This document shows positions 21,801-34,900 of a stretch of DNA of 64,000 nt, piece by piece. Where the stretch lies: contig QPGO01000078.1 in the NCBI GenBank assembly GCA_008632985.1, forward strand, positions 1 to 64,000. Reading direction: 5' to 3'. The notes beneath the pieces are model-generated. The model saw only the letters and a program-made list of their open reading frames with translations, did not search any database and was not told the DNA's origin. A program made the position numbers and the translations under genes. Source of the DNA: Psammoneis japonica. Taxonomy: Eukaryota. Within the stretch, counting starts at the first letter, position 1; each line of letters starts with the position of its first letter.

Positions 21801-22900
21801 GCAATGCAGCACAGAGGATGACAATCGCAGCAGGCAAACAACAAGATGTGCCAAAGATGCAAATTGTGAGAAGATCTCACAGTTGACCAGAGATGACAAT
21901 TTCACCCAACGGTCATGCATGTCACTCCAGCTGCTGTTGCCAGAAGACTCAATGGACATTTCTTCTGGAAGCAGAGGTCAATGACCAGAAGCATCATCTG
22001 TGAATCAGACTTGCCATTTGACCCATGACTCACTGTGTTCAGGGCCCACCTGACAATGTCAAGAGCTTTGAGTGCTTCATGGATGCTGATTTCTGTCAAG
22101 TGGAGTGGAGCCCCTCTGCACTGGTCATCAAAATTGCAGACCCAGTTGGCCCTCAGCAACAGTGAGAGCAAATGCTGTCTGGCCCTGTTGGCTGCAACTT
22201 GGCACATGAAGGCATCTGTGCACCTGTTGAAAGAGATCAACAAGGTGCATTGTCCAGCAACAATCATGCCAAGCGTCTGCTTCAATTTTTTTGAAAAAAC
22301 TTGGCTGCACTCAAAATTGCAAAGGTGCCAAAGATGAGGCCAAGAACATGTCATGTCAACAACATCTGCCACCATTTTCACTCTGAGGATGCCAGCGGAC
22401 ATTTGCCAATCAAGGTCATTGGCATCAAGCTCCAGCACACTGACTTCTTGACCAAAATGCCAGACCCATCAATGTTTGTGCACCAACTTGACCTTTCACA
22501 TGAGGAAGTGTGACATTGTCTGTGCACTCAAGCATCAACATGCCTCAAGCATGAAAACCCAACAAAAAACCACCATCAACAAATGACGAGCCAATCACAG
22601 ATCACACAACAATGACAAGAATGAGGCATCTGGTTCAAATCAAGAATGGAGCATGCTTCCATTCTTCTTTTGTGCAATCAAGAACTTCTTGTTGTTGACA
22701 AGCCTTTGCACTGTGTTCATCTGCATTGGCTTTGGCACAAATGCAAGGCACTTCTTGTTTTCATGCTCTTCTGGTTGAATGTTGGCTGGCACAGTTCTGA
22801 TTCTCACAATTTAGAAATTGAAGAATCTGATCACTGCTTGGTTGCCTTTGCTGTTTTATGGCTCCATGGTGCAAACTGCCACAAACCCTGAACCAAGCAT
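18889..22900 (+). mobile_element. Ty1/copia LTR retrotransposon remnant A (RT + RNase H), internally deleted
   Basis: LTR-like direct repeats start at 18889 and 22509 (tgtgacat...gcatcaacatgcctcaagc...gccaatcacagat). A purine tract gaggaag precedes 22509. RT: QPQLIDS.LKDLG...GKANFLEKS..PEIA. RH: DADF, GAPLHWSSKLQTQLALS, PKMRPRT.H, DFLTK. Right end is approximate. Confidence 0.8.
20398..22032 (-). mobile_element. Ty1/copia remnant B nested in reverse orientation inside A
   Basis: ~250-bp direct repeats (about 20424-20672 and 21783-22032) flank RT (DEGKVGDFLGVKI...MVGMLMCLASNSCPDIA..AHQVA.F) and the RH end. A purine tract gagaggg abuts the downstream LTR. Confidence 0.8.
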
Positions 22901-22919
22901 TTGACTGCCCATGCTGCCC

Positions 22920-23335
22920 ATGATGTGTCATCCCAAACCACACATGACCAAGTCTTCCACATGTGCAGTGCATGTGAACATGCATTGCAAACAAATTCTG
23001 CAATGGAGTGCTCCATGTGTTGCAAGCTAACTCCACAACAGACTTCTCTGCAACTGTTCCATGCCAGCATCCCAAATTGTGCATGACCAAGTCTTCTGCA
23101 TGCACAGAGTGTGTGGAGATGCACTGCAAACTGATTCTGCAATGGCCCACTCCATGTGCATTGCAGCCAATTCTGCAACAGACCACTCTGCAACAGGCTG
23201 AGATGGAATTGAAACTTCCAGGTGCAGGTGCAGAGTCATTCTGTGCTGACATCCCAAATGATGCATGACCAAGTCTTTCACATGTGCAGATCATGTGGAC
23301 AGCATGTGTTGCAAGCCAACTCTGCAATGAGCTGC
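22920..23335 (+). repeat. Degenerate tandem repeat (three catgaccaagtctt-anchored units)
   Basis: Motif at about 22944, 23082 and 23264, each followed by similar ttgca...ctgcaatg sequence. Confidence 0.7.
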
Positions 23336-24226
23336 TGCCACCTCCAAGTGTCCATGGCTGTCATGCTTGTTGACCAAAGTCTTCTCCAACTTGTCAGTGC
23401 ATTCATTCACCAGCACAGCTGCTGCATTTGTGTGGGGAGCAACCTTCTTTCCCCTTGGCTTTGCAACAGCACCCAGCAAGTCCTTCTTGCAGAGAGCTCC
23501 TGCTGTTTTGGAGGCAGCGGTGGCTTCTGAGGCAGTGCCAAAATGTGATCAGGTGCAGGGACCGGCAGTGTTGTCAGCTTGGTGTGCGGCGTGCATTGGA
23601 GCTTTGGCCCTTTCTCTGGATGGGTCCCACTCTGGAGACACTGTTGACGAATCTTGTGACAAAATCTCATCATGACAACTTGGAGCCCTTCCCAGAGGGG
23701 TGTGAGAGCATGACAAGCTGCTGCCAGCTCTCATTCAACTGAGCTTGTTTGATGTTGCACTGTTTTTATTTTTGCTTTTTTGTGCATTGCAGTGAGCAGA
23801 GCAACTGCAGAAAAAAATCAAAGTTTACATGGGGCACCTGTGTGCAAGGGACAATGTGTTTTTCATGCATGAGCTGGGGACAAAAGGCAAAAGGGAGAAA
23901 GGCAGGAAAACGCACAAAAAAGGTGCACACCATGCTTCTGAAGCCTGATGGAAGCACATGACATGGGCAGGAGGAGGGGAAAATGGGAAAAGAAAGTTTT
24001 TGTTTTTCACACAACTGCCACACCAGCAGAGGCCTGTGCAGAGTTTCTGCTGGATCAACGTTTGTGATGATTGGTGATTGGTGCCATGCAGTGGTGTGAG
24101 GCTGAATGTGGGCCGGCACTTTCAACACCGGAATGGCATTGAATCACATTGTTGTGATTCACAAACAAGAAGAAGCCAACTCTGCCAGCAACAAAAAGGA
24201 ACACAGTTGGATGAACAACATCAAAC

Positions 24227-26900
24227 ATGCCCAAGACTCCTCCTTCCAAGAAGTCTGCTGCTCACTCTGAGAACTGCCCTCCTTCTGGTGGAAGTGGGGT
24301 CACATCATCACCTCAACCTGCAGACCCAACTGCCGTCATGGACAAACATCAGAGTTGCCACAGAGATGAGGAAAGAGATGGTCCCAAGAAAGATTTGGAG
24401 GAGATGTTCACTGATTTGGAGGAGATGGCCACCAAGATGGTTGCCAAGGAAGATTTGACAAAGAAACAAGATGGGCCAAAAGAGTGGGAGCTCTTTGTTG
24501 AAGACAAGGTGTGCTCTCCATGGTGAGGCACAAATTTGGCAACAATTTCAGCAAAAGGTGATTGCTTTGCCATCAAGTCCATCCATGATGCAATCAAGCT
24601 ATCTCCAAACAAGCTGACCACAGCAAAGTCCCCGACAATGGTTCAAAGCTGGATGACCGTGTTTGTGTGGTGAATGTCATGGCCAACATTTTGGAACCTT
24701 TGGTTGATTCTTCAGCAAAATTGGCAGTCACGGCTGTCTGGAAACAATTGCAAGATGATTTTTTTGGTGATGTCACATTCAAGGACAAAAAGAAGAAAAT
24801 TTACAATGCAAAACATGCATTGAGAATCAGGGGTCACTGCAAGTTGAGCTTTGGCAGCACTGTTTGGGTGGTCAAAAAACTCAGCAACACATCAACGGTC
24901 CAGGGTCAAGAAGAAGACAAGGCTGCCAGAAAGAAGATGACAGAAGGCCAGTTCAAAAGAAAGCTTGAAGGATCCAGTGGGTGCTCCTCAACAACAAGGA
25001 CAATGTGCTGACACAATGTGAGGGACTGGGAATTTTGTTCTGCACTGTGCTGTTTCCACTGTCCCTGAGGATTGCAAAGGCAACAAAGATGCCATCAAAT
25101 TGTGGATTGAAAACAAGTGTGACATTTTCAATTTCAAGAAAGAAGTGGAGTGTGACCTTCAGCCAAGGGTTGAGCTGATCCATCCATGTGCAACTGTCCA
25201 TTGTGGTGAAATCAAGTTAAAGATCAAACACTGCAACAAGGCCAAGCTGCAGATGGCAGAACAAGCTCAGCTGAATGAGTTTGCCCTCAACACCTCTTTT
25301 TGGGAATGAACCATTCGTGAGCATCATCAAGAAAGGACATCTCTTTGTTTTGGAAGCTGCCCATGGTGATCAGCAAACAACTCCACAGGTCAACAGCAGC
25401 ACTTGTGTGTTTGCACACAAAGTCAACTGATTTTTCGTTTGTGAAGGATGGCATGGAGCAAGGTGCAGCAAGCAGGGTCTGCAGCATTGATGTCAATGAA
25501 AAAAGGATGCATGGCAATCAGTGCATGTTGTCAGTCAAATGTCATCTCCAGTTGCAACTGAAAGTCTTGGAGACTGCCACAGCAATTAGATTCTTGTTTG
25601 CTGGATCAACAAGCCAAAACATGACAGACAAGATGGCCCTGAGATAAGGGTCAAGAGTGCACAGAATGTGTGAACAATCTCATGTGTCACTTCATCACAT
25701 CTCAGACCTGGTCCATGGCATTGCAAACTGCATTTGGAAGAAAGTTGCCAGGAAGCCTGTGAATGGTTCAGTTGATTTCTTGGCAAGGATTGGAGTCAAA
25801 GGTGGAGCAGCACCCATTCCTGTCTGTGCCAAGAAGCCAAGTTGCTTGTGCTTTTTGACATCCTTGGCAGACAACTGCCCTTGCTCTTCTTTGGTGATTC
25901 CAAAGGAGATGATGCAGGAGAACCTTGCTTCTTTGAAGCAGAGTCTTCATCAGAGGACAATTGGCAAGCTGAAACAGGACACAACAATCCCCAAATGGAC
26001 CTGGCTTGCCACATGTGGTCGGCAAGTTGGAGACACATTGGCGCTCACCAAGCATTCCAACCTGGAGAGCACATGAGAGCTGACCTCCTGAACAGCACAG
26101 ATGGCTTTGCAATGCTGGGCAACACTGCCCAACTCAAAAAATGTCCCAGTGACAGTTTGGACATTGTTGGGCACACCAGCGGCAATCTCACAAGTGTTGC
26201 CACAGCTCTGGATCCACTTGTGTCTAGAGACACCAAAGGCTGCATGACAATGATGCAAAATCAACTGCCAGAGCACAGCATTGTCAACATTGTCAGCAAG
26301 AACACTGGGTGCAAGGCAAAAGTTGCCAATGGCAACAACCACATTGTTGCAATCACGTGCTTGACCCTCAGTGTGCAGCAGCCTTGGAGAGTTGTCAGAC
26401 ACATTGACTGAGAAGTGCTGAACAAGGTTGCAATCTTTTTCAACAATCATGTTCCAAACTCTGCACCACATCCACAATGGGGCAAGGAAGCTCAAATTGT
26501 TGGTGGTCTTTGACAAGAAAGAATCAGTGGATGCAATTGGTGGTCAGTCATCAAAGGAGAAGCCATGAGTGCAAACCAGGGGTGCCTTGTTGACCACACT
26601 TTGGGGGACAAAGATTGATGACTTGATCAAAAATGGACATCAAAGCACAGACATTGAGGGCAGCAAGATGATCTAAGATGGACCAAGAGTTGCCTGAACC
26701 TGACTTGACTGCTGCTCCAATCAACCAACAAAAACTGAGTTGAAAGTGGCCACAGTCATTGCCACATGAGCGCCAGCTGCTTGCAACAGAAGGCAAGGGA
26801 ATGACACAGTGCCAGGCATCCTTGACTTGCCTCTTCACATCCCTTTTCTTCCAGGTTTCAAGGGAAGCAAAGTTGCCAGCAAAAGGTTGATGAGGGTTGC
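24227..26900 (+). pseudogene. Unassigned degenerate TE ORF (gag/ORF1-like)
   Basis: Chain of + strand, protein-like, Tyr-poor ORF fragments starting MPKTPPSKK. No diagnostic motif recognised. Confidence 0.3.
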
Positions 26901-27329
26901 CTCTGACTTGGCAGCCATTTCAGAGGAGAACAGCAGGCAGGAGTGGCCATTGCCAGAAGGTTGGTGGTGCCAAGAACCCACCATGTGACCAGAGAATGTC
27001 CTCTTGGTGCTCAGTCATGATGCTCACCCCACTTTCACCTGTCACCTATCACATGTGACAAGCCCAGTTCTCATTGTCCCTCAGCAGCTTGCCAATGATT
27101 GCAGTGAACTCAAGTTCACCAGTGGCTTTTCTTGAGTGATTTGGGGTGCAGTGGTCTTTTGCATGCATTGGTTGTTGTCCAGGCAGTGTTTGGATTAGGA
27201 ACATGTGGGATTCTCTCCATGAAAGGCTCACAATCTTTGAAGCAGTGAAAGATTGTCTGTTTTGTTCTTTGACATGATTTTGTTGCTGGCTGCATTGCTG
27301 TTCACTTGCTTTGTCAGAGCTGTGAACAC

Positions 27330-28080
27330 AATGAGGATTGGTGTTGTCTCTGTGACCCCTGTGCATTGTTGTTCAAGCATGGCACAACCTTGGCATTTCT
27401 GCACTCTGTCAAATTTGCATTCCAGGGTGTGTGAAAGAGAGTGTCAGGGCCAACTGTCAACAACAAAAACTGAGTCTAAACAGAACACTCACCTGCATTG
27501 GCAGTGAGGGTTTGACATGAGAATCCCTGCCAGCAAATGGCACCACAACCTTGACACATCTTGCACTTTGTCAAATTCATGTTTGGGGTGCACAAAGAGG
27601 GTGCAGAGCCAGCTGACAACAGAAAAACTGAAACTCAATGAGAACACTCACCTGCATTGGTGGCTGCAGGAATCCTCAACAGCAAATGTGATGTGCTGTT
27701 GTTCAAGCACAACACAACCTTGCTGTGTCCTGCACTCCATTAAATTTGTGTTCCAGGGTGCATGGAAGAGTGTGTCAGAGCCAGCCAACAACAAAAAAAC
27801 TGAAACTCAAAGAGAATGCTCACCTGCATTGGTGGGAACAATGCGAGAATCCACAGTGGCCCAGCAAATGATGTGATGTTGTTCATGCATGACACAACCT
27901 TGACATGCCCTGCACTCTTTCAGATTTAAACTCTGGGGTGTGCAAAAGAGAGTGTCAGAGCTGACCAACAACACAAAAGCTGAAAGCCAGTGACAATGCT
28001 CACTTGCATCAGTGGTGAGAACAATGCCAGAATCCCTGCCAGCAAATGGCACATTGTCACTCAAGCATGACACAACCTTG
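27330..28080 (+). repeat. Minisatellite of ~165-180-bp units (about 4.5 copies), resuming at 30107-30350
   Basis: Recurrent cacaaccttg...gtcaaatt...gtgtcagagc...aaaactga...ctcacctgcattgg. Confidence 0.85.
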
Positions 28081-28199
28081 ATGCACCGTGCATGCCACCC
28101 AATGCCACTTCAACCACTCTGCCAATTTCTGCAGCCAGCATCATCTGACTCTGCCAATGAATGATCTTCATCAAGACAATCCTTCCTCACATGCCCAAC

Positions 28200-30106
28200 C
28201 TTGTTGCATTTCCAGCATTTAATCTGCTTTTTCTCACTCTGTGCAAAACTTGTGCCCTTGTTTTTTTGTCAGTCATGCAGGTGCTGTCCAACACCTGCAG
28301 TGCCTCCTTGGCTGAATTGAGACAAATGTCAACCCACAGTGCAAACTGTCAATGCAGGTCTTTGAAGACATGCCAGCATTCCTCAGCACATTCCATTGGC
28401 GTTGCCACCAACAAACTTGTTCCTTTCTTTGTTCTGGGTGTCATCAGCACCCTTGCCAAACCCATCTTCTTTCTTGGCAATTTCTTCTGATGATCCTGCC
28501 ACAGGACATTTCCACCATCTCAACAATGCTCATGAACGAATCACAGTGATCTTGAAGCGCCTCTCCCTCTCATTTTGATGGAATGAGCACCAACTGTTTC
28601 CAAGCCTTGGCTGCCTGGACATGTGGGCACATCTTCTCATTTGCATTGAACAAGATCAACTTGCAAATTTTCAACAGTGCTGCTTCTTCATGACTCTCAT
28701 AAACTCCATGCTGCTCCTCCAGTCTTGTGACAAACAGCCTTTGCACATTGTCCCATGATTGTGCCAAACACCTCTGCCTTCTGTGCCTTGCAGATTGTGC
28801 TCTGTTTCACATGGCAATTGTGTTGCTTGCCCCAGACTGCCTTTTCCTTCTCCAACATGGTGTCTCCCAGTGGATGCTCTGGATCTTTTGGTGGCATGCT
28901 CTCCTGCCCCAGAGATGCCAGCAAGTGCATCTCCGACCCAAACAATCTTCCAACATGCTTGCTGATCTTCCTCGTGGTTTCCATGCAACCATCTGCCTGT
29001 CATCTGAACTCAGCAATGGAGTCACACACCTGCTCCTTTAATTCTTTTGTGCTTCCATGCTCAGCTGTGTCCTTGCCCATGTTTTTTGGGACTCATGTCA
29101 AAGCATCATGGCTTGCCAGCAGCTTTGTGCTTGGTCTCATCAACCCTGACACAACCTTGCCGCTTGCCATGCCCTCTTTTTGCATGCAGACCCTTGACAG
29201 CTTCTTCAACAGCAAAGCCCTCCAGAGATCATTTCTCTGCCCTCATCAAGCTGGCTTGTTTGCCACAGTCCATCAACATGAGACATGCCTTTGGACTCCT
29301 GTTGACTTTTCCCCCAGCCTTTTTCTCTTTGGATTCCTGATGTCTTCCCAGCCTTTGCCTCTGGATTCCTGATGACTTCCTGGCCTTGGAATGACACCAC
29401 TTGTTTGAGTGTTGTGCTGTGACTTTTTGGTTTCTGTGTTGAAGTTTCATGGCTTGCCGACTGGCACCATGTTCAGTCCTGCTGACCCATGCTCCTCACC
29501 AAGTGGCTTGCAACAAACACACTCCAAATGCTGCCAACCACCATCACCATGTCAACCAAGTGCAGAAGCTAAAAATGAGCACAAGACCCACAACTCAAAC
29601 TGAGTTGCAAATGTAAGTTTGCCATGTTGTTCGACACATTCCAGCCCCAGGTGGGACTCCATGTGACATTGGGCCCGCAGAGTTCTGCCTGTGTGAGCTC
29701 TGCAGCAAAATTGTCAAGCAATGAATGTGTGGATGGTCGCCAACAGAATGAGAGGCAATTTTGAAAATCTCTCCTCTTTTGCACTTGAAGTGCATCATTG
29801 ACAGCATGCCTCTGAGTGTGTTCTTAAGACATCAAAGAACATGCCCAGCCTGTTTTCATTGCCACAAATGCAGAAAAAATGGAGAGCCTTTGGCTTTGCA
29901 AAAGAGAGCACGAAACAATTTCACAGAAAATCACACAGAAATCTGTGCACACTGCATGCAGCATGATCCAAAAAACTCTTGATGTCACACAAGGTCCCAC
30001 CAGAGCTGGAGTGTGACCGTCCACAATCATGCCAGCGCATCTTGCACCGCAACCTTGTGTGTGTCTGTCATGCAAAACTGCCTCCAACCCCAACATTCCA
30101 ACAACA
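28200..30106 (-). mobile_element. Copia remnant C: 5' LTR (30106-29662), PBS-like site and gag fragment
   Basis: Minus strand reads TGTTG...TCACA, followed directly by TGGAGTCCCACCTGGGGC. Gag-like QADGCMETTRKISKHVGR...EKAVWGKQ...KAEVFGTIMGQC. Confidence 0.65.
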
Positions 30107-30350
30107 GAAGAGTGTCAGAGCTGACTGACACCAGACAAACTAAAACTCAGTGAGAATGCTTGCCTGCATTGGCTGTGGGAACAATGTGAGAATCCCTGTC
30201 AGCAGCAAATGATGTGCTGTTGTCCAAGCATGACGCCCCTGCACTCTGTGTCAGTTTGCACTCTGTCAAATTTGCACTCTGGGGTGCACAGAAAAAAGTG
30301 TGGTCGAGCTAACTGACAACAGAAAAGCTGAAACACAATGAGAATGCTCA
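30107..30350 (+). repeat. Continuation of the ~170-bp minisatellite
   Basis: agtgtcagagctgac...gcctgcattgg...gtcaaatttgcactctggggtgcaca. Confidence 0.8.
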
Positions 30351-31984
30351 CATTCTGCATCAGCATTGGGCTTTCAAAACTCGAAACACAAAGCTGAAGA
30401 TGGCACAACTCTGCCGCTGCCCAGCAGCAGTTTTCAAACAAAGAAATGACATTTCCAAGCAACCAAGGCACAGAGAAGATGATGAGCCACTCTGAAACAC
30501 AGAAAATCAGCAGAGTGACCAAGAAAACACTGGGCAGGCAATCTTGGGATGGAATGCCATGGCCATGATGAAGTGGCGGTTGGATTTAGCGAGCGTTGAG
30601 CGAGCAGCTCGTGTGCGGTGCCCTTTATTTGATCGAAAAGGTTTTCTTCAAGTTGGAGCCACGAACAGAGGTCTCCTATCTGTTCTTATTACGGACATTG
30701 GGGCAACTAAAGTCTCACGCAAAGTCATTTCAAAAAACAAGCATAGACTATAGACAGTCATAGTCGCAGTCATCATCTTTCTAATGTGCAACTATGACAG
30801 TCATTATTCCAGTCATAGTGCAATGCCATTGCTAATTTTGTCGATACACAACTCTATCTACTCTCTACTACAGTACAGTATGTAGCTACCGCGACCGGTA
30901 GAGTAATAAATACGCAACAAGCACGAGACATAACAGTTCTGCAAGAAAACATTCCGAAAAATTTGCGAAGGCATCATTCTGAATTACCATTGTATAATAT
31001 ACGACTTCTTCCAGATTCGACACTGTCGGTGTTCACATTGCTTTTTGTTCAGTGATTGTACGTTTGACAAGCCTGTGTGTTGAAAACGAGCTTGATTTCT
31101 GACGCCGCCTGATGCTTCAACTAACCAATGGCTTTGCCCGGCCTCATTTGACCTCTGTCTTGTAGATCCAGACAATCCACAAAAAAAATTCGCGTCTGAT
31201 CAACCACGTATCGATCTCCACCCTTCAGCTTCTCATTAATCGTGACCTGTGCCGCACATTGGTGAGATTCTAGCGCACTCGAAAAGCGTCTCGGCATCAC
31301 TCGAATAGACCGTAACGGGCATCGTTGTTTACCCTGTTTGGATGCGATACGCGGATACACGTGACACCAGCGTAGAGTTTGTACGAGATTCTACGACAAT
31401 TTGAACCACGAAAGTAAGTCTTTTTTGAAACCGAAGCCAGTATGACCCAAGAAGTATGACAGGTATTTGATTGTGGAAATTTGCCCGGCACTTCGTTTGT
31501 CTCTTACAGGTTTACTTTGCTCCCCTAAAGCCATTGTGTCTTTCAGTAAGTACAAGTATCGTTATTTCTGTTACTCTAGAGGTGCAGGATGGGTGTGCTC
31601 AGCTCTGTAAGCTTTGTCCTTTGATGACCTTTTTCGACACAGACAAGGCACCCTTGTCTCTCTCGAGAAACACTCTTTTGATACATCGTGACCCCTTTTC
31701 CCGTACCATACTATTGGTGAGATATACTGACACACTTGACTGCAACGAAGCGAAAAAAGGCCGAAATTCCCTTTGGCGGATCCCTGACTCGACACTTAGG
31801 CGTACATACAGTAGAAAGTGCGCGGCGCTATACGGCAAACTTCAACCAACTCCGGTGAGTCTGTTTTGAACCGGATCATTCTGACACTGTTTGCACTGTA
31901 TTGTCATAACGCTAAACTGAAAGTTCTATCCTTGATTTCGCCTCTTTTCAATTCAGACAAGCTACGAACATCCGATTTTGAAGT

Positions 31985-34900
31985 ATGAAGCTTTTGCAAC
32001 TATCGGTAAAGTCTAACGTTGGCTTATGTAGGATGGTCCTAAGCATCCTTCTCGGTTTCATCACTTCGACCTCCTCCGAAGCTCTTAATGTTTCGGGTGC
32101 CGCTTTGCAGATAGACTCCACCACCACTTGGTCCTCCGTGGACAGCCCCATACAAGTGGATGGATTGTTGGAAATTGGTTTTGGTGGTACCTTGGTGATT
32201 GAAGCCGGTGTGAAAGTTGTGTTTCAAGACGCGGATTCTGGGATTCTCAACAATGCAGGTACCTTGTTGGTGCTTGGAGACAATGCTAACTTTGTCGAAA
32301 TGGTACCCAGCAGTAGCTCGTGGCGGGGCATTGAGTTTGGTCCCTCGTCCGTTCCAGCCTCTTACGTTGAAAATGGAGATTCTGACGACGATATTACTTT
32401 CACCACTGGAAGCGTCATGCAGTACGCAAAGCTGCACCAAGCAGGCAACCCCTCGTCCTACCACGCGCTAGACTTCCGCCAAGGTTCGGCACCCTACCTG
32501 TCCAATGTAGAATTGATTGAGTGTCGTGCTCCGTCTGACTGGCTAGTCTATGTGCAAAACTTGCAAAGTTACTTTGTCGCTGAAACGCTAAAGGTGCCAA
32601 CGGAACTTCACCTTCCTACGCTCCTAATCAGTTCATGTACATTTCGGGCCAGTCCTCGTCTGTGGGCGTTGTAGCCTTGAAGGGTGTAGAAACCAAAGTC
32701 CAAGTTTCCGTCCGGGCCCTCTACGTTGAATCTTTGAGTCGTGTGTCCGTCGTCGATTCCATCTGGCGCGGCCCTGTCAACGTCGCATACTGCAAAAGTT
32801 GACGTTTGCAAGGAACCAAATCGATTCCACACATCGAAACTCGGTTGCGTTGCAAACCAGTAATGTGGGTGCCACTGACGGCCCCGTCGTGATTCAAGAC
32901 AATGAAGTACGAGTGCAACCCGGCTATGACGGCATGGCCCACAGGAATTGGCGTTCGACAATGCCATCCCGTAGTGTCGTCCAAGGCAACCAGCTCTGGT
33001 TTGGTCGTCTCTACTTCTCCACCTTTTATGTCCAGAATATAAGCATTGCCAACAATCGCGTGGACGCAGCAGTCGTGGTGGCATGTACGTGATCGCTGGC
33101 AGCTCGAACAGTCCTGAGGATTGCATGATTGTGAACAATACATTGGCCAGCACTTCGAGTACCTCTAACAGATATCCCGTGGCACGTTTCCAGCCATACT
33201 CTTACTACAATATCATGGTGCGCCAGAATAGCATCGTTGATTCAACGGCGCCGACATTGATCTACCTTGTCGGGAACAGGCAGTACAGGTCGTCATCCCA
33301 TGTTTTTGAAAATAATTTGGTGGAGAATTGTGTTGGTATCAATGAACTTCTACGTTTGCAGGACTATCCCTTCACTGTCTTTACGCGCAATCGATTTGTG
33401 AACGCAACGGCGCCATGGTCGGTCTGGGTAGAATCTTCTCAATCTTTGACGTCTATCATCCTCGACGATAAAGACGCATTTCGGATCCGTCTTCCGTCCA
33501 ACTACTGGGGTTCCTTCTTCCAAGAAGATATCCAAGGTCAACGATCTTCAGTACATGACGGTTTTCAAACGTCATCTCATCCCATTGTGGATTTTGAAAC
33601 TGTCTTATCCAATTCCTCTTCGGACGCCGTCCTCATGCCGGTGGACTTGCCGGAGCTGTATCTCGAGGATGGATCCATTGGGGGTTACCTCACGAATGGG
33701 ACCTTCTTGTTGTCGAATGTTGGACAGAGCAACTACAACGTGAGCCTTGCTCTGTTCGTCGGAAACAACGCGACTTTGATCCTTCCGGCTGGCATTAACC
33801 TCTCCTTTGCACCCAATCGCGGTATTGTGGTATGGGGGAGAGGATCTTTGGTTACAAACTCGTCCATGACTTCGCCTACGATCCTCAAGGCCACGCATGC
33901 TAATGAAGAATGGAAGGGCATCGTCGTTCTCACTGAAGATGCCCTTGAACTTTCTCATGTCGTCATTGAGCAAGCTCAAACTGGTATTGAGCATATTGGG
34001 CGTGGGGGGCTTTCGGTTCAAAACATTGTGATAGAGAATGCAACCGACGCCTGCATTTACTCGAATGGCCCATCGAGTGGATGGAACACCGACAGGAACA
34101 CATTAACTCTAAGCGATAGCAGTCTCTTCAACTGCGGCAACGACGGTGTCTTCATCAACTACCGCTTTGTCATCGAAATCATGGATGTTTCGATTGTCGG
34201 GGCGTCAAACGGTGTAGATACTGGTGGGTATCTGGCTGCTTTCAAGCTCATATCCTCTACAATCCGGTCAATGTCAAGTTATGCAATCGACGTTGATGAC
34301 TTTTGGTACACTGACTCAATATATGATGTCTCCCACAACTCCTTCATCGATAATATTCGAGGGCTCGACTTCTACTGTAGCTCTTTGTGCGCTGCCAACG
34401 TGACTAACAACACATTTATTGGAGACTCGGTGGCTCGTTTCTCGGGCCCGTTCTTCTGGAGAAGTTATGGGTCGAACGAGGTTCGCTTGGAAGGCAACAG
34501 CTTCGCGCAGTGGAATTTGACGCGGGGTTCTGCAGTTACTGTCGATTATTCGGCTAGCAGCAATGAGGGAAGTGGACTTGAGATGCATGGCAACTCCTTT
34601 CGGAATATACGATGTTCGAACATACTTGATTTGTCGTATCGAACGACAAAATTTCCAACCAATGTCGGCAACCTTTTTGAAGAGAATTTGGAGGCAACTG
34701 GGTCATATCAGACAAGACCTGCTCTTTTCTTGCTTCGCCGTTGGCCTTCGTCCTTGGGCACTGACCCGTCACCAACACTAAGGCATAATATCTTCACGAC
34801 AGACCTTAATCATACTGAGCAGGTGTTTATTGAAGTTCTTCAAAGTTCTGATGACGTCCCTGAGATCGATGCGTCGCTGTCGTTCTGGAACACCAACGAC

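Larger units (their letters stand above)
13085..30540. mobile_element. ~17.5-kb block of nested, highly degenerate repeats depleted of both TpA and CpG
   Basis: Hand count for 21301-21600 gives 1 TA and 1 CG in 300 nt. Contains copia RT/RH/gag, a MITE and minisatellites. Confidence 0.9.

Noticed and set aside
27330..28080. CRISPR array
   Set aside because: Whole units are similar with no unique spacers, there are no cas genes, and the context is eukaryotic.
29640..29661. tRNA gene
   Set aside because: Only a ~20-nt tRNA-like stretch with no cloverleaf; treated as a possible PBS.
13085..30540. Many 60-220 aa Cys/His-rich ORFs as novel metal-binding proteins
   Set aside because: They overlap in all frames and are explained by loss of TAA/TAG/Tyr codons.
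13085..30540. Classical fungal RIP
   Set aside because: RIP converts CpA to TpA and enriches TpA. Here TpA is depleted and CpA/TpG are enriched.
30886..30901. CTACCG-CGAC-CGGTAG hairpin as a Helitron end or terminator
   Set aside because: The stem is only 6 bp, with no supporting CTRR end or helicase remnants.
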